DNA from: Candidatus Omnitrophota bacterium
Lineage (GTDB): Bacteria; Omnitrophota; Omnitrophia; Omnitrophales; Aquincolibacteriaceae
Direction of reading: 5' to 3'
Assembly: GCA_003140935.1 (NCBI GenBank)
Contig: PLLJ01000038.1
Coordinates: 6,858-70,857, forward strand
DNA length: 64,000 nt
Shown: positions 50,601-57,775 of the stretch, piece by piece
Layout: each line of letters starts with the position of its first letter
Numbering within the stretch: the first letter of the stretch is position 1
Program-made: the position numbers and the translations under genes
The notes under the pieces: model-generated
The model's input: the letters and a program-made list of their open reading frames with translations, nothing else
Databases searched by the model: none
Told to the model about the DNA's origin: nothing

Positions 50601-52783
50601 CCGTCATTAATGTTGATTGTGCCGGCTGGTTTTGTGGTATCGAGCTGAATGGATTTCGAATAGACCGCGCTTACATTACCAGCCTTGTTGTAATACTTTA
50701 CGTAAACGGTCTTATTGCCGTCGCCGGATGAAAAGGTCCAGGACTTCGTGGCGTTGTAAGTTTGCGCCGTTGTCCAGGTCACATTGTCTGTTGAAAAGCT
50801 CATCTTACCGATTCCGCTGCCAGAATCACCCGCGGAAAGATTCAAGGTCACGCTAGTTGAAACGGTATAAAGCGCACCGGAATTAATATCGATCGATCCG
50901 GCGGGAACCGTCGTATCCAAGATAATGGATTTGCTGTAGACATTACTCGCATTCCCAACCTTGTCGTAATATTTGACGTATACCGTCTGAGGACCGTCAG
51001 CGACGGGAAGCGCAAAAGTTTGGGTAGTTGCATAGGCCTCGGGAGCAGTCCAGTTCACGTTGTCCGTGGAAAAACTCATTTTGTCAATACCGCTTCCTGC
51101 GTCAGCGGCGGAAAGATTTAATGTCACGTTTGGGGACGCCGTGGTGGCAGCACTTGAATTAATATTGAGGGAACCGGTGGGGATCACCGTGTCCCGCTTG
51201 ATCGTAATGCTTGTAGCCAGGCTGACAAGGCCGATCGAATTCTTTGAGGTAATGCTTAACGTGTTGTTCCCCTCGACCGTGAGGTTCTTCGTCGCGGACC
51301 AGGTTGTGGAGCTGTTGGGCGCCACCATCTCCACGCCATTAATCAGGATTGAGGTGTTAGCTTCTTTAGTGCCGGAGATTGTGATCGAAGTTTCTTTCGT
51401 GACCGCGGGAAAGCCCGTAGTCACAACCGGCGCCGAAGGCACGTCCGTATTAAGCCCGTAGCTGCGGATCACCAGGGTGCCCGTGCGAGTGGTGGAAGTG
51501 GTGTTCGCCTGTGTCACTATAAAATTCATGGATTTGATTTTTGCTTTATCAAGCGTCTTTGCAATCGCGGCAACAGGAATCTTCCAAAACCGCTCCGAAT
51601 TATTCGATATCCCCGTCAAGGTGAACGTATCCTTGATATTGTTGATATCAACCACTTCGAAGCTAAGTGACGTGTCGGGGCCTTTTAATCCGAAAACGAG
51701 GTCCTCTAAAAGTGAAATGTCACACGATTCGATCTCTGGCGTCGTCGCATTATCAAAGGAAACCGTGAATCCTGAGCTATCCGTAGTTCCGGGAACACTG
51801 TAGACAAACGAAAATTTCAGGGTTGAAATGCTGTAGGAAAGCTTGGTGGCAACACTGGAGCCGGTTGTAACGTAAGGATACGGGCTACCAGGCAAAGCAG
51901 TGACATTTGCCGAGGTCAGACCTGATGCGTAAGAAAGAGTCCCTCCCATACGAAAGGTTTCGCGTTCGTCTTCTTGAGCGCGGTTATACTCATCCTGCGC
52001 CTCAACAAACTGATTAAGATCCTTTCTCGCCTCAATCTGATCTTGTTCCGTTTTTGAAGCCTCCAAAGCTTCCTTAAACTTTGAAAGAAACTGATCATAG
52101 CCATAGAGATTACTGTTATTCAAAATCCCTTTGTTGTCATACGCATAGACCCCGGTATGCGTGATCACATATTCCTCGCCCGGAGCTGCAATGGCCTCGT
52201 TAATGTCCTCACCGCTCGGACCTTCGTTGGAATAAATGCTGCTATGCGTATGTGAAATCAGGTTAGCTTTCCCGGCCAGTTCCTTCGCTGCAGGTAGAAC
52301 GCCTATCTCATCCGCGCTCCCCGAAGTGAATAAAACGATTTCGCCGTGAAGCACGATAACGCCAGTTTCAAACGGCAACTCGGCAAGTTTCTTCAAATCT
52401 TCGGCTGAAATTTCTTTCACAATCACAGCACTTGCAAATTCAAGCCTTAAAAGATCAAGCGCTTCTTGAAAATCATAACGTTCATATTCATAGTGAGTGG
52501 TGTCCGGAGAAGCGATCGCCTGGGGAACAGTTTCAGCTATGTCTTGAGTCGCGGATGATAAAGGACCTTGCTTATTCGTTAAAAAATCTATTGTTGTGGA
52601 AGGTTGGACGGTCGGGTTGGAGGAATTGGTTGAAACGGAAGTGATAGCCACGACCGGCTGATTCGGATTTGGCTGATATTCCCGCGGAAGGATCTCACCC
52701 GCCCAAACGATCTGGTTCCAGCCAAAGATCAATGTAATGCAAAACGCAATCAATCGAAGAGAGAATGAAAAGGAACGTTTCAT
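38675..52783 (-). CDS. Giant secreted multidomain protein (~4,702 aa): JAB-like domain, Ig repeats, YD/RHS-like repeats, two C39-like domains, amphipathic region, C-terminal alpha/beta hydrolase
   Basis: Single uninterrupted ORF; start MKRSFSFSLRLIAFCITLIFGWNQIVWA at 52783 (SD AGGA). Motifs HTH..PS.ED, DTxxP Ig repeats, many YDxxG hairpins, HYVVV, GFSGG..D..H. Confidence 0.93.
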   Translation of the reverse strand: MKRSFSFSLRLIAFCITLIFGWNQIVWAGEILPREYQPNPNQPVVAITSVSTNSSNPTVQPSTTIDFLTNKQGPLSSATQDIAETVPQAIASPDTTHYEYERYDFQEALDLLRLEFASAVIVKEISAEDLKKLAELPFETGVIVLHGEIVLFTSGSADEIGVLPAAKELAGKANLISHTHSSIYSNEGPSGEDINEAIAAPGEEYVITHTGVYAYDNKGILNNSNLYGYDQFLSKFKEALEASKTEQDQIEARKDLNQFVEAQDEYNRAQEDERETFRMGGTLSYASGLTSANVTALPGSPYPYVTTGSSVATKLSYSISTLKFSFVYSVPGTTDSSGFTVSFDNATTPEIESCDISLLEDLVFGLKGPDTSLSFEVVDINNIKDTFTLTGISNNSERFWKIPVAAIAKTLDKAKIKSMNFIVTQANTTSTTRTGTLVIRSYGLNTDVPSAPVVTTGFPAVTKETSITISGTKEANTSILINGVEMVAPNSSTTWSATKNLTVEGNNTLSITSKNSIGLVSLATSITIKRDTVIPTGSLNINSSAATTASPNVTLNLSAADAGSGIDKMSFSTDNVNWTAPEAYATTQTFALPVADGPQTVYVKYYDKVGNASNVYSKSIILDTTVPAGSIDINSGALYTVSTSVTLNLSAGDSGSGIGKMSFSTDNVTWTTAQTYNATKSWTFSSGDGNKTVYVKYYNKAGNVSAVYSKSIQLDTTKPAGTININDGATYTSSPTVTLNLSATDAGSGIDKMSFSEDNANWTTAETYATTQTFTFSAGDGRKTVYVKYYDKAGKASSVYSKSIVLDTLPPTGIVTINSGAQYIKQTAVTLNLSAADAGSGLSQMSFSSDNVTWTAAQTYSASKSWTFASGDGNKTVYAKFMDKFGKWSSPVSVTVLLDTVKPTGTIDINSGAAYTNSENVTLNLLESDSGSGIGAMSFSVDNMTWTAAETYATSKAFTLSTDDGHKTVYAKFFDKAGNASLVYSSAITLDTIPPAIIVTSTVPNLTKNPTLIVDYTADGVVKQKAFTLAEGDNIGLAITEVDAAGNIQKVTLAKVVLDTIAPVIVVTSTVPTLTKSPTLVVNYTADDVVKQKIFTFLEGDNTGLTITESDAAGNSQTITLPKVVLDTVPPAVVITSSVPSLTNQPVLVVDYSVDGVAKQKTFTLAEGDNTGLTITEADAAGNIRTITLAKVVLDTVPPVIVVTSQIPSLTNQAALVVDYTADGIVKQQIFTLAEGDNDALTITEVDAAMNTRTVLLSKVMLDTVPPAIVIDPATPSLTNTNTFTISYTADGTSKLKTFTGLTEGENTLAVTETDLAGNITTLTHSVTYTPSTNTTFPVLEFRSPQIVTTSNYELVYAVDGTEKREIYALQEGANLLTIEEPNASGKVTAHYLVVLNAITDPVFPAKETELIFNLNGTDATLVNPSFDASGLIQGGWIKSKNGTAYRLSGGLLSEEFRPDSTHIYYDSLGRIHSKIDKNGKITNYQYKVNSAGNLLSTHIEEGNDQVDLDSNGLALFWKKGDGTEFSFDSGRLTKIKKDAGEYPYHLRQVGSEWISESINPLPADSSYPASLHYTSDLALSQTVMPDGTIYQFDLSGAVTRVVDSTGKETLYDPEKDLFGAFHSFSVTRDGITRVYGEQGKLTQLKDADGTVFTIDQDKVVTIQKPDGTLYRDLAYDATGNLQNALVKLPDGRELVIANQQLTQIKAVDGTILEIQNDRPARSLTADGRVYQYHESTDANGNPVFIGDLTEFINDKGNHVFVANGRVNGMEETRNGVLIKTGFTYDGSGRIIEAVIDQDGVRTARFVYDYQTSGTVVTNDVRSIRYYDSAGKLMKLTTPRGEEYSFSQITDPSGAVTFLQILVKVVSQLEGTINYQNGKPVRIVRPDSIEIKNIVLNLGGSLLSAVLVYPSGAEGLIEAGELKQIIETDGTKKEYAAGLLQKITLPTFEAMNFSYTFDGSGNVTTVTVQDGLGSRTYTAAGVLSSAVDPSGDIFTYDVSGNLIKVKTNANEEFNYSGQTLSSIKFSTGEMLTGIVLDTNGNLASGTYDPKDGSLWTIAGGAISQIRDVSGNTLYYSGGHVTQIVKTNGDRITYSPSGQITQITWADGSRARQITTNSQDALVNAIIYSPSFDSAVLSSALAGIGSNERPLVNGSLQTPGPQVRTAGKFFDFNGLYWREVNSTTLHGSNQNYIRIKMTGSNVTVKFYSSSSISSLFNQQTYQSVAGSPYVYIPLPDLSTNYIYAIEISPKANATVDITDTPLACSSANYQPVAWVNTATSFVNQKTAPGFPARIGVALSKKSALESSSQNFTAAENFNSSKVSDGQFQITSLKNGVLQARLSPDTVLSAVYDRNMNLLSAVHSDPAFDPSVDVNGAWKKSVSGWEDAGFEFAPAVTTPSGDVPLKIEYTSNGGNATVSFQNASQAIYQNDRIETIITPEGKAVHYSYAAGSSDVNRVIFDPDQIDPETTEVKYEYGKIREIRKAGVLIYLYSYEFNEIGDEITVIEDTVENQIRRFLKGKLISINNINSGFQTAYDYDGSGRIAKAVTFRSGRIFGSFAYAYSGDDTLITEEATGISRRYGADGFLKELITAKGEYYKYSVLSDGQAEDLLLQELVKIVDSRGTIEYSREKPVEIITTDGTVIKNLIVQSFVDENHITQMVIQRAEVHLPVPDGRVALIENGKVFYMSSPGGEIQEFENGFLERLINAQSEITDLIYTRNASGEIESIGVEDKNGQRIYDKNGLLIRAVLPDTTQIDYDANGRLLRLQTPGGEIWEYSSGSLSSVTLTGGGGKIEQIVLDAAGNAQSCIYTKDGIVTTLQNGVVTSKKTLDGTLFFYGPSGKVSEIRKPVGAGCDRLIYDANGVLTAVERADGSRARQITVDSQDNLVNAIIYAPLFNGAVLNAALPGIGSKERPLVNGVLQAPGTQVGTANEFFDFNGDYWRSVNSIPLHGANQNYLRIKMTGSNFTVSFYATNFTNSLFSQQTYQSAVGSPYVYIPLPDLSVKYLYAIEISPKGNVAMDITDAPLVFSSGDMPAIDWTGIAIAFKDQKDRPEVPSIINETLLKKAALETQAAAQFSLRSPDQLDEGQAQTLYNSTLGIVKGAVLDPETIIAAAYRASDSKLLMAARANNTVAHYVDDQIDYVTDLDGNLLIDHEYDASGDLIAVHLIDARKELEEQIIAAQTQVSRQETEALMTLAVERGYAIEAIQNKLNEGLAAINAERERIRQLSSQKVCHTILFFKSCENVQVDVSAPLSELDRMEKDLREQTVGALAGLDTVVAQKKMEIETDAKTAFVELEKQQLVTYREILKQELSPVLFHHYRKILGRDPSEDEINAWIEREIGDDQVSLFSLEKVVEARGLNFTGVWMNFDQLKALSGLSQEGVLAFLKDVGFVMVTDVSGGNVTFVQRSLGNRTQELKIELVPWLDANGVPIPDAGGNIIYIERYVFVPKDDGFGGEKVTVTESEFLSRWLKENSLQGAVFTDQPLAPGSVLITADEAKAISGLFSWDILVEYFKSAFGIDPERANVPKLAGELSGSEEYSARLEQVNAIKAAVRDFLEQYLASDEAERSAKIRSLGLALDEVISVTAPEIETILAWLDSRDLHFGHSAFFAIQQLIEEGNVHATLFDIAREAILIDIMIGVIHPLTTGDLELSLFALNRVAENRNVLLTPAKVTFDELKREVALGKGVLVHMNGNHYVVVTKIELAAQIDENGDPVLDEQGAPVMIEVVTYIEKNVGPSGEAQTLARSEFEKIWMVTVEGEGIALTPTQVSNNAKIMTGRETQQITGAFFGFIFGILKKIFDTVIQVVKAVFEAVKTVLRYVVDLVVDVVRSLTDFVLELGKSLVSFGQFFFEAVRFVGAILSGDLNGGFQSLQRAVGHFGNFLFFAAAGGFLGLAPLQVIGFQVLSIALSKGTGIVLDKIGIKSPVIKNLIGSFITGGVFGFAGGQIGLGTTFLNSAVANLAMSGVNELALHIGLPPPIATNLGILASIITGSVEGGASLPEAFKTVAPDLMKELTLSGVWALGNALGIDPRLTSLISLPLGAGVGVGFDSLFHANTINFTSLSAAIKNGFAAGAKSIGFDFGGATSNPIFGSLLSGNILSSIGSAVGSGSLFSSILDILKMAVFTPFNAVNSIIQTALQGVRDFASLIQEKSLAGALESMVTSIFSRQTIEKLLSFGGIGGFIGSAAKIPATLNGQSVLEQKLDGTASLFYDLAGNFIGKKENGVTQLGTFGFDAAGKWALLSGTFISNVVADWAFAGEVSNGQLKRGKLYQNGALMGEFEPENNDGTIIIDGSHPDAQQFDSSPSFWNMVFKFLPMAMDFVFKNGLLQQVNTQVNTGNGASQNDSGDLYALANGIDNDSGGVPAYITNLEYDLFQKSNQTIVPREDTLPIELYHSTIGDDVVDGGIDILKWVLESQSGSFHSLLVIDVMRQLASNVQAMVRPIVGMGFSGGLLPLVEGLATEFYNVKSLVGLGAATLSLASSELLNVVLSLIDFAQSSIGKVLGWLTGALNAMLKSLLGKLHLDVLNVGHLADEFVDLVSRGSSLAIDKLREIISVLPKVPAWNFPTLANRGAETFVNIYGTKDILYQTGIAGYRDSLFGFSVDGVIGPNGEITRQLFNIEIVGAEHLYYMKRNDLSDPGWNTTVSDFVTRLMLKADSTEELSYFLTWPPLEYDGCFSYENNRWVIRLPGWQTREQT
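43707..46472 (-). repeat. Internal duplication of a ~155-aa beta-rich module in the giant protein
   Basis: Copies at ~46003-46472 and ~43707-44179 share DGSRARQIT..SQD.LVNAIIY.P.F...ERPLVNG.LQ.PG...FFDFNG.YWR.VNS..LHG.NQNY.RIKMTGSN...GSPYVYIPLPDLS..Y.YAIEISPK. Confidence 0.92.
48795..49813 (-). repeat. Five tandem ~68-aa (204-bp) Ig-like repeats
   Basis: DTxPPxIVxTSxVPxLT...VDYTADG..KQK.FTLAEGDN..L.ITE.DAAGN at 204-bp spacing; fifth copy diverged. Confidence 0.92.
49814..51193 (-). repeat. Five tandem 92-aa (276-bp) Ig-like repeats
   Basis: DTxxPxGxIxINSGAxY....VTLNLSAxDxGSG..KMSFSxDNxxWT...GDGxKTVYxK..DKxG; 1380 bp = 5 x 276. Confidence 0.93.
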
Positions 52784-52824
52784 GACAGATTTCCTATGTT
52801 TCGTTCCACAGATGTTTTTTTCTT

Positions 52825-53007
52825 TCAAGATTTGTTTTTTATTTCTTCCAAAAATCCGACGACGCTTTCGCGGACAACATCGGAACGGGTCCGGTGTTCT
52901 TCTTCGGCCCGGTCCCAAAGCTTTTGGTAATGCGCGGGATCGAGCGTGAAGGTGATCTGGATCCACGTGCCTTCCGTCGCCTGGGGTGCTACCTGAATGT
53001 TCTGCAT
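52825..53007 (-). CDS. Ribbon-helix-helix (CopG-like) small regulator
   Basis: IQITFTLD beta strand plus helix-turn RTRSDVVRESV; strong SD AAGGAGG; 41 bp upstream of the giant gene. Confidence 0.8.
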   Translation of the reverse strand: MQNIQVAPQATEGTWIQITFTLDPAHYQKLWDRAEEEHRTRSDVVRESVVGFLEEIKNKS

Positions 53008-53233
53008 GGCTTCCTCCTTTAAAACTTTTTTCCTGTTTGGCTGTCTCAACCCTAACTCCGGGAGGACGAAAAGAAAATCGAAAGAGGAGAAAATTTTGGA
53101 GGAAGTCGACTCAGGAGTGATAAATATCTTCTAATGATAGGAGGCAGCGGATGGGGCACTGCCCGTCTGAGCTTGCGGGGACAAACTTATCCATGGTTCT
53201 GTGGCGTAAATAAGATCCCGTCGATCAGGAGGG

Positions 53234-54556
53234 CTATGTCTTTCTCCCTAGGGGGCGACTGATCTCACGGTCACGGTCCTTAATATCGCTGAAACGGTCC
53301 GCAGATGAGGGAATGCCATTTCCCAGGACCACACCCCCAAAACCCAGCGGCCTGCCTCCCGGCGTGTAAAGATTTTCCGATAGCTTCTGGCCCTTCGCGT
53401 CCACAAAAGTCCGGCGCTGCAAGCCTCCGACAAGGTACGTGACGAGCATATGCGTTTTCAGGGCGCCGTTTTCCGGGTCCCAGCTTTTCCGCATCACCAG
53501 TTTTTCCTTGGAGTTATACCAGTCCGCCTGGAGCTTTTTCCCTTGAGCATTCTCGTACTCCACGAGTCCGCCGGTTTGTTTCCCTTGACTATCAAAGATG
53601 CGGTTGACCTTCACCCTTTCGCCGTTTGCCTGGTAATGCCATTCCGCGATACGGTATTGTTGAAGTTTTTCCTTACGGTACTCATAAGATTCATAGCCCA
53701 TGATCCGGCCCTTAGCGTCCGGGTCGAAGATCCAACGTTCGATCAGGTGCCCCTTGCTATCCATGAGGCTTTTTTCCGTTCTTCGATCCTGGGGATCCAG
53801 GATCTCAAGGCCCAGGCTTCCGTCCGGCTGCGCCGTCCGGCGTTCTTTTTGATGAAGCACCGGCATAGCCTTAGGGACAAGCGCCCCTTCATCGGATTTC
53901 GTACCCGTTTCATCCAAAGGCCCGGGGATCTCTTGCTTTTTCTCAAGTTTTTTCGGGACGACATTCGACAACAGCGCCCCGGTGTCAGGGTCCCATGTTT
54001 TCCTGTCTGTCAGACGGCCTTCGGGGTCGAACCATTCTTCCTTGAATTTGATGCCGTTCGGCCCGGCATACTCCACATAAGAATTGGTCAAATGCCGCTT
54101 TGAATCGTAGACCTGATTATTTTTAACGTAACCGCCTTTTTCATCATAATCCCAAAAAGCGACGCGCTCATCGAGCAGCTCCATATTATTATAATGCACG
54201 ATCTTATAACGAAGGATGCGGTTACCCGCCGACGGACTAAAAAACCATTCCTCCACAAGCTGTCCCGACGCATTTAAAAAACGTTTTGCCGTCCGGACCT
54301 TTTTTTCGTTAAAGATCTCCAAAGTCACCGATCGGTCCGGATGGACGGTTTTGTGTTCAAAATCTCCTTCGAGCGCCGGCAAAGCTCCCCCTCCCAAAAC
54401 CGTGGCGGTATCCATGCCGCCTGTACTCTGGGGGACTACTGCGTGACCCGGGCTTGGGTCTGCGAACCCGGTGGGGACCGAAGACATACTGCCTGAAAAA
54501 AACACGAGCACTCCTGTCAAAATCAATTTAATCGTTGATTGGCAGATGCCGTTCAT
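53234..54556 (-). CDS. Secreted beta-hairpin repeat protein with internal duplication
   Basis: Signal-like N-terminus; two ~140-aa copies (PDxSxxLEI...RTxK....GxLxExWxFxP....RI..Y...WxY...G..VK...DS......VEY....G.K...W........R..WDP..GAL). Confidence 0.8.
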   Translation of the reverse strand: MNGICQSTIKLILTGVLVFFSGSMSSVPTGFADPSPGHAVVPQSTGGMDTATVLGGGALPALEGDFEHKTVHPDRSVTLEIFNEKKVRTAKRFLNASGQLVEEWFFSPSAGNRILRYKIVHYNNMELLDERVAFWDYDEKGGYVKNNQVYDSKRHLTNSYVEYAGPNGIKFKEEWFDPEGRLTDRKTWDPDTGALLSNVVPKKLEKKQEIPGPLDETGTKSDEGALVPKAMPVLHQKERRTAQPDGSLGLEILDPQDRRTEKSLMDSKGHLIERWIFDPDAKGRIMGYESYEYRKEKLQQYRIAEWHYQANGERVKVNRIFDSQGKQTGGLVEYENAQGKKLQADWYNSKEKLVMRKSWDPENGALKTHMLVTYLVGGLQRRTFVDAKGQKLSENLYTPGGRPLGFGGVVLGNGIPSSADRFSDIKDRDREISRPLGRKT

Positions 54557-54914
54557 AACCCACCTCCTTATGAAGAACTTTTTGTGCCTCGCAGAGCTTT
54601 TATTTTTATGACTCCGGAAAACAAAGAAAGTATAAATATCAAAATCTTGCCGGCCCAGAGCCCCATGATTCTTTTTTCTGACTTTTTTCTACCCCGCAAA
54701 AACGCGCCTCTGCGAGGAAAAACTTTAGGCGGGATAGCGACTCAGGAACGTTTAGATAGGGACCCGGGGCGAGGGCACAGGACGTCCGGGAGGGGGGCCA
54801 GGTGAGTTTCTCTAAAACAGATTGAATCGTACAGCTGAGTCTTTAAACTGCAAATTCTTTTCCGTAATGGATCTTCCTGCGGCAAGAAGCACGCACGCGA
54901 ACTTTTCTCTCATA

Positions 54915-55499
54915 TTAGCGTCTGAAATAGGCAACCACGCGGTAACTGGAAGTTTTCCCCGGCGTTCTGTTGGCGATCGTCACACGTAAATATTTTCCGT
55001 AAACAGGCGTGTGAAGCGCCCGGCCCGCTGTCAGCCCTGTGGTAAGTTTCGTGAAATTCGAATGCCCTTCGACGCTGTCTCCGACAAGATAAGCACCAAA
55101 CTCCTGAACGCCTTGATCCACCAGCCGCTTTTCCTCACCTCCCATCGCACGATGCTTCGTCGTCGACGCCGTCATCGAGAAATAGGCGTTCAGCTCATAC
55201 ATGGGCCTAGTCAACTCTTCGGTGAAAATGGATTCCGGAAAAGTTTCGACAAAAAGCGTCACCTGTTCATATCCGCTTACATCAATATATTCGGACTCTT
55301 TGCTCTCGCCGCCTTTAAGCTGGACTTTGGCGAGAACCTCCAACTCAACTTTGTCTTGGGATTTGATCTCAAGGGGCTGCTTCGCAACAATCACTTCCGT
55401 GGCGGCTGCATCCGCAGAGTTCGGAGCGGCATAAGCGTGTGGAGCGGAGAAAACTGTCAGAAGAAGCAAGATTGCGAGGACGGATATTTTCTTGATCAT
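54915..55499 (-). CDS. Hypothetical secreted protein
   Basis: Signal peptide ending AYA; SD GGGAGG; beta-rich. Confidence 0.78.
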   Translation of the reverse strand: MIKKISVLAILLLLTVFSAPHAYAAPNSADAAATEVIVAKQPLEIKSQDKVELEVLAKVQLKGGESKESEYIDVSGYEQVTLFVETFPESIFTEELTRPMYELNAYFSMTASTTKHRAMGGEEKRLVDQGVQEFGAYLVGDSVEGHSNFTKLTTGLTAGRALHTPVYGKYLRVTIANRTPGKTSSYRVVAYFRR

Positions 55500-55733
55500 G
55501 GTGAGCCTCCCTTGATTGGAGGACATTATAAGCTGAGTCGATCGGACTGGCTAGGCGGGTTTTACGAGGAAAACTGCGATGGTATAGACGAAGACTTTTC
55601 GGAGCGGTTGTTGTTTGTTAACGCATGGGTGGAGAAAGGGAGAAGTCAGGCGGGTTTCAGGGACTCAAGGGAGCCACACCGGAAAGCAGAGGTCCCCTGC
55701 GGCAGATCCTTCTCAACATCCCGCTTTATGTCT

Positions 55734-55868
55734 TTAACGTCTAAGAAACGTTACGGTGACCGTGGGATGGTCTTGGGACGGATGCGGTCCATTGGCGTAG
55801 ACAAAGGCCTCTGCGGCAAATACGCCAAGCACTACGAGGGTGAGTAAAAAAACCATCATCTTTTTCAT
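55734..55868 (-). CDS. Small secreted peptide (44 aa)
   Basis: SD AAGGAG, MKK plus hydrophobic signal, short mature part NGPHPSQDHPTVTVTFLRR. Confidence 0.55.
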   Translation of the reverse strand: MKKMMVFLLTLVVLGVFAAEAFVYANGPHPSQDHPTVTVTFLRR

Positions 55869-56084
55869 GGGGCTCCTTCTCGCGCCCGGTTTTATTGGAT
55901 TTCCCGCAGAGAAAGCTAGGTGGGAGTCCTGCTGCCCGAAGGATTCCATACAAACCTCACTTTGTCAAGATTCCCCCAATAGAAATACCCCGCAGGGGAT
56001 CTGAAAAGCGGGCCCCATCAAGAATACAGGCTCATGCTACGGATGCCCGGGGTAGGTCAGGGAACTACTATTTGCAGAGAATAG

Positions 56085-56185
56085 AAACTTTTCTCATGGA
56101 CGAGTTTCGAAACTGGCTGATGACCTCTGGAGAGGTGGAAATCATTAAGATCTTGATGAAGGGATCGCCAGCTGCCGTTGCATGA
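56085..56185 (+). repeat. Cassette-boundary repeat R1
   Basis: Reads LMDEFRNWLMTSGEVEIIKILMKGSPAAVA*; core ggagaggtggaaatcattaagatcttgatgaaggga recurs at ~58557, ~60430 and ~62562. Confidence 0.85.
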
Positions 56186-56243
56186 GCATGGGAAAATCAT
56201 CTCAAAACAGCACGGCAAAAGCAAATTCAGGTCGGACGAGATC

Positions 56244-56738
56244 TTAAAAACTTGGAGTCAAAGAAACGCCCTTGCTTCGCAAGTAAGCATAGAGACGCTC
56301 ATCCTCAATCTGGGCATGTTGGAGCATCGTTTCGATGATCTCGCTTGCTGTGTCTACGAACTGTTTTTTGACCTTTTCATCTTCGAAATGAAAACCGTGA
56401 TGCAAAACGATGTCCGCCAACACATCGAAATTGCCGATCATAAGGATGTGCTGGATCTGCAGCTGACGGATCATTTTCTTGAACTCAAGATCCCCCACGG
56501 CTAAGGCCATGGGGAAAACGTCTCTATCTTCCCATTGAAAGTGAGCCATCACTTTTCGCTTGAAAAAATCAACGACCTGCGCGATATCCTCCAGTTTTTT
56601 CTTGTCACTAAGATAAGGCAGGGAGCTTTTTAGGAGCAACATTTGCTCGGTTTTTTCCGCGTGATCTTTTTTGACGCGCTCATAAACAGCATCATTATTC
56701 TGCGGTTCCATCGAAGACCCTTTCGGTTGAAAATCCAT
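56244..56738 (-). CDS. Hemerythrin/HHE-domain protein
   Basis: DH..., HFQWEDRDVFP, QH, HAQIEDERLY metal-binding pattern. Confidence 0.85.
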   Translation of the reverse strand: MDFQPKGSSMEPQNNDAVYERVKKDHAEKTEQMLLLKSSLPYLSDKKKLEDIAQVVDFFKRKVMAHFQWEDRDVFPMALAVGDLEFKKMIRQLQIQHILMIGNFDVLADIVLHHGFHFEDEKVKKQFVDTASEIIETMLQHAQIEDERLYAYLRSKGVSLTPSF

Positions 56739-56860
56739 AAGGAAAGATCCGGCTTTCCTTCTATGAAAGCATGACTACTTTGAATTATACTCCCAATTAA
56801 ATAAAAAAATCAAAACCTCTATTTCTCTCCATGAGACGGAAGCGGATGGCGGCCGATTCT

Positions 56861-57037
56861 TTATTTTGTCAGATCGGAGATCTTTTTTTCTATTACTCTT
56901 TTATGGCCTTGCTCTCCCTCGATCAACGTAAGGATCATATCCTGGAGATTGGGATGCTTTGCCAACATACCCTGGTACATTTTGATCGATCTCTCTTCTT
57001 TCCCCAAGGCTATCCGAAGCACTTCGACATCTGTCAT
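56861..57037 (-). CDS. 58-aa half ferritin/rubrerythrin-like protein
   Basis: Below the ORF-track cutoff: MTDVEVLRIALGKEERSIKMYQGMLAKHPNLQDMILTLIEGEQGHKRVIEKKISDLTK*; SD AGGAGGAG; E..S..MY plus ExxH. Confidence 0.8.
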   Translation of the reverse strand: MTDVEVLRIALGKEERSIKMYQGMLAKHPNLQDMILTLIEGEQGHKRVIEKKISDLTK

Positions 57038-57144
57038 AACTCCTCCTCATTTAAAGGATTCGAATGGAACAAGGATCGCCGTTTGCTATCGCTTCATGCC
57101 AGGTCGGGTGATACTAAATTTTTATGGGGTCATGCTGAAAATAT

Positions 57145-57681
57145 TCATCCGGGATACCAGACCTTAACGCCTTGGACCTTCGCCCACGGCGTTATCGCAT
57201 GACTCTTAAGGTTTTTAGGTCCCATCATATGAAAAATCTCAAACCGGCGGACGAGCAAGGCATCCGCGATCAAAGAACGATGACAACGCCACGGAACCGC
57301 TTCGGCGCACATGAGGGCGACCCGTTCCCGCTTGGACAGCCGTATCAGGGGCTGAAGATTTTTAACGAACTCCCGCGTCTGCATATAATCGGCAAAACCG
57401 CGGAAAGAGGCATTGCGCCAGGCCGTATTGATCGAATCGGGCTTGGCGTGACGTAATCCGCCTAAGCCGGGCATGGGCTGGTAACGGATACCCGCTTTAG
57501 GGAGTTTGCGGCTAAGCAGGGGTTGATTGAACTGGGGATTGTGCCGTGAACGCGGGATAGTGCGCACATCGACCAAGCAGGTGATGTCCTGCTCTTTCAG
57601 AAGAGCTAAGAATGCTTTGAGCGACCTTGTCGAATGCCCGAGGGTGAAAATTTTGTAAAATTTCTTATGAGTTTCTGCCAT
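57145..57681 (-). CDS. DUF488-family protein
   Basis: IFTLGHSTR, LVDVRTIPRSRHNPQFN, LGGLR, ALMCAEAVPWRCHRSLIAD. Confidence 0.92.
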   Translation of the reverse strand: MAETHKKFYKIFTLGHSTRSLKAFLALLKEQDITCLVDVRTIPRSRHNPQFNQPLLSRKLPKAGIRYQPMPGLGGLRHAKPDSINTAWRNASFRGFADYMQTREFVKNLQPLIRLSKRERVALMCAEAVPWRCHRSLIADALLVRRFEIFHMMGPKNLKSHAITPWAKVQGVKVWYPG

Positions 57682-57775
57682 AGTTTCATCGTCCTTCGCG
57701 ACTACCGCACCGCAACATCCCAAAAGTGAATTGTCTATCGCACTGAACGAAAAACAAAATCAACCGTTTCCGGTT

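Noticed and set aside
52784-52966. First 61 codons of the 4,763-aa ORF call
   Set aside because: Overlaps the RHH gene; the signal peptide and SD point to ATG 52783.
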